64,000 nucleotides of DNA, from the NCBI GenBank assembly GCA_963765765.1, contig CAVXYC010000020.1:96001-160000 (forward strand). The letters run 5' to 3'. This DNA comes from an uncultured Chloroflexia bacterium (GTDB lineage Bacteria; Chloroflexota; UBA6077; JACCZL01). Shown in pieces: positions 61,955-64,000 of this stretch (position 1 is the first letter of the stretch; each line of letters starts with the position of its first letter). A model generated the notes under the pieces. That model did no database searches. It was not told where the DNA came from and was given only the letters and a program-made list of their open reading frames with translations. A program made the translations under genes and the position numbers.

Positions 61955-62060
61955 CAACCCACGCAGCGGCACGGGAGCGAAAACCCCGAAGCGCTCGCCA
62001 TGCTCGCTGGTGAGTGCGGCATTGAAGTCGTTGATCGCTTGAACGGCTCGGCGTCGCACG
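61955..62060 (-). pseudogene. Fragment of an amidohydrolase (LigJ/ACMSD-like)
   Basis: AVQAINDFNAALTSEHGERFGVFAPVPL matches the conserved ND..A....HP.RF..FA.LP block. Confidence 0.5.
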
Positions 62061-62180
62061 GCGCCAGCCTGCTGGATCAGGCCAAATGGGAGGAACAACA
62101 TCTGGCCTCCGGCGAGGTCCAGCACCGCATCAGGCCTGATGGCAAGCCAGCCGGCGTGCTGAGCCTCGCCAATGGAGTCG

Positions 62181-63555
62181 CTACGCACTTCGCTTAGTCA
62201 TCGATGGCGGCCGGCCCGAGGGCGGACGCAAGGACGGTGGTCCTCCCGTCGGCGGTCGGCCCGGCCGGCCCGAAGGGGGGCGCAGCGAGGGTGGGCGCCC
62301 GAACCCCTCCTTGCCGCCCCCATCGGCGGCTGATTGGACCCCATCCGCCATGCGCTGCTTGACCTCGTCCATCTGGTCCTTCACACGCTCCTGGAGCTCC
62401 TCGAGGCGTTCTGTCAGGCGGTCCTTGAGCTCCGTCCCTCTGTCTTGGACGGTCTCCTTCGCTGCGTTGGTCTTCTCCTCGATCTCCTCACCTGATACGG
62501 GAAGGATGGCCGCGAACGCCTCCTTCAGCATCTTCCCGATCATCTCTTGCACGCCTCTGAGAAACAGGTCGAGCAGGAGGTGCAGGACGCGCTCCCACTG
62601 GGCGTGCACGGCCGCGACAAGTGCCCCAAGCAGCGTCTGGATCGCCTCCCAGACCTCGCGCAGCGTCGTGCCGACATCCCCCCGTTCAAGCGCGTGGAGG
62701 GCCCGATCACCGTGCTGCTGCACCTCGGTCAGGAAGTCCTCGGAGCCGAGACGCGCCAGGAAATCATCGAACACCCCCTCGAGCGCCTGCTCTGTGTCCT
62801 GTTGCAGCCTCCGGCGGGTCGCCCCCTCCGGGACAAGCTCGAGGCCAGCTCCGATGAGAGGGCGGATCACCTGCTCCGTCGACGCGCGGACGCTTTCACG
62901 CACGGGCCCCGAGCGTCAGGGCGTCGCGTCCGTCCTCGATCCGCGACCGGAGCCATCGCGTGCTCGCTTGCTCGAGAAATCCGGGGGCCTGCCTGAGGAT
63001 CTCTGAGGCGGCTGACGGGGCCGAATCCGGCTCCGCGTCCGGTGGCTCCTGCGCTTCCTCGCTAGCCGTCCCGTCCGTCGCCCGTGACTCGTGCTCGCCC
63101 TGCTGAACCGGCAGTTGTTCCTCCGCCCGGCTCGGCTGCGGTGCGGGCGACGCCTGCTGACGGTCGTCCGCTCGTTCCGCCAACTGCGCCTGGTCGAGCT
63201 GCTGGCGTACCGTTCTCACGGTCTGCTGCCGCCACTCTGCCAGGGCTGGCTGGAGCGCTTGAGCGATCTGTTGCCGGAGCGTCTCCTGGACCTCCGGCGG
63301 AGGGCTGGAGGAGGGGGACCCGCGTCCGTGATGGTCATCGTATCCTTGTTTCCTTGGTAGGCTACGTTCTGCGCCCGATCCTGGCGCACAGTTCGTGCCG
63401 AGCTCGACCGTTCCAGCAGCGACCACTCCGCTTCTACGGGCGGGTAGTCTTCGCAATCCCGAGGATGAAGCTGGAGGGAAGCGGGCAGCGGGAAGGTGTC
63501 TTACGAACCGGTAACGGACCTTACCCTTCGAATCGTCGTCGATATGGTCTTGCAC
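62181..63555 (-). CDS. Helical Q/E-rich hypothetical protein with a C-terminal RPPS-repeat tail (frameshift ~62900)
   Basis: ORFs 62896..63555 and 62181..62903 abut; tail GRPPSLRPPSGRPGRPPTGGPPSLRPPSGRPPS. Confidence 0.55.
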
Positions 63556-63590
63556 CTTGTTCGAGCGGTCTCCCGGATTCCTTGCACCCC

Positions 63591-63979
63591 TTAGGCAGGC
63601 CTGTCATCGACGAGGGCTAGCGTGCTCTTCAAGGCATCGTCCGGGATCTCGCGCAGGTTACTGAAATCACCCGGCTGGCCGTGCTCCTGACGATCCAATG
63701 CCTTGTCCTCAATACGATTCCAAACCAGCTCCACGGCTTTTAGTTCGCCGCCGAGGGCCTGCGCTAACACCATGCTAGCGAGCTTATTGGCAGTGTCAGG
63801 CGTCAGGACCTCACGAAGTGCCTGAATTAACGGGTCTTTGGGACGACCGGAAGGGTTTCCAGATTGGCCAGGTTGAAACGGCTTGCCCGGTCCGCCGCCC
63901 TTTCCTCATCCCTTCGTCGATCTCGCTCAAGATGCTGTTCTACGATGTAAAGGTATGGGTTTTCCTCAGAATCAGCCAT
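63591..63979 (-). CDS. DUF5681-like (phage small-terminase-associated) protein (frameshift ~63900)
   Basis: Manual translation gives KPFQPGQSGNPSGRPK...A..G.LKAVELV..RIE; GAGG RBS before ATG 63979. Confidence 0.7.
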
Positions 63980-64000
63980 GATCACCTCGTTCTGGTGACT

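Larger units (their letters stand above)
59605..64000. mobile_element. Probable left part of a tRNA-Ser-anchored genomic island or degraded prophage
   Basis: Abrupt end of housekeeping genes; mosaic composition; HEPN gene, gene fragments and a DUF5681-like gene. No integrase or att duplication seen in the window. Confidence 0.55.

Overview
A high-GC bacterial chromosome segment, probably Chloroflexota (inferred from the Bacillus-type large SRP RNA, NiSOD, gatCAB and the Rieske/LigB/TPP aromatic-catabolism families). About 15 single-base frameshifts split otherwise intact genes, including essential gatA and glmU, so the assembly is probably noisy long-read data and most splits are artefacts. 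Core content: gatC/gatA/gatB, folD, rsmA-ispE-fumC, tRNA-Gln-glmU, trmD, apt, gnd, an RpoD-like sigma factor, etfBA, acs, all four tRNA-Ser isoacceptors and SRP RNA. Accessory content: sodX/sodN plus an unannotated lipoprotein, egtABD inserted between gatA and gatB, a complete ISAs1 element (17-bp TIRs, 10-bp TSD), several REP-like repeat families, and an island starting after tRNA-Ser(GCT) (HEPN gene, GYD protein, DUF5681-like gene). Best candidates for undescribed biology: (1) a translationally coupled minus-strand cluster of a Yip1-like membrane protein, a Ser-Asp-His alpha/beta hydrolase and a 598-aa His...Asn-Cys (permuted papain-like) protein, directly behind a NodB deacetylase; (2) an NMP-kinase-like / nucleoside-deoxyribosyltransferase-like fusion behind gatB; (3) a PrpD/MmgE-glycoside hydrolase fusion; (4) a His-motif lipoprotein behind sodN. 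All family assignments come from motif recognition by eye; no database searches were run.
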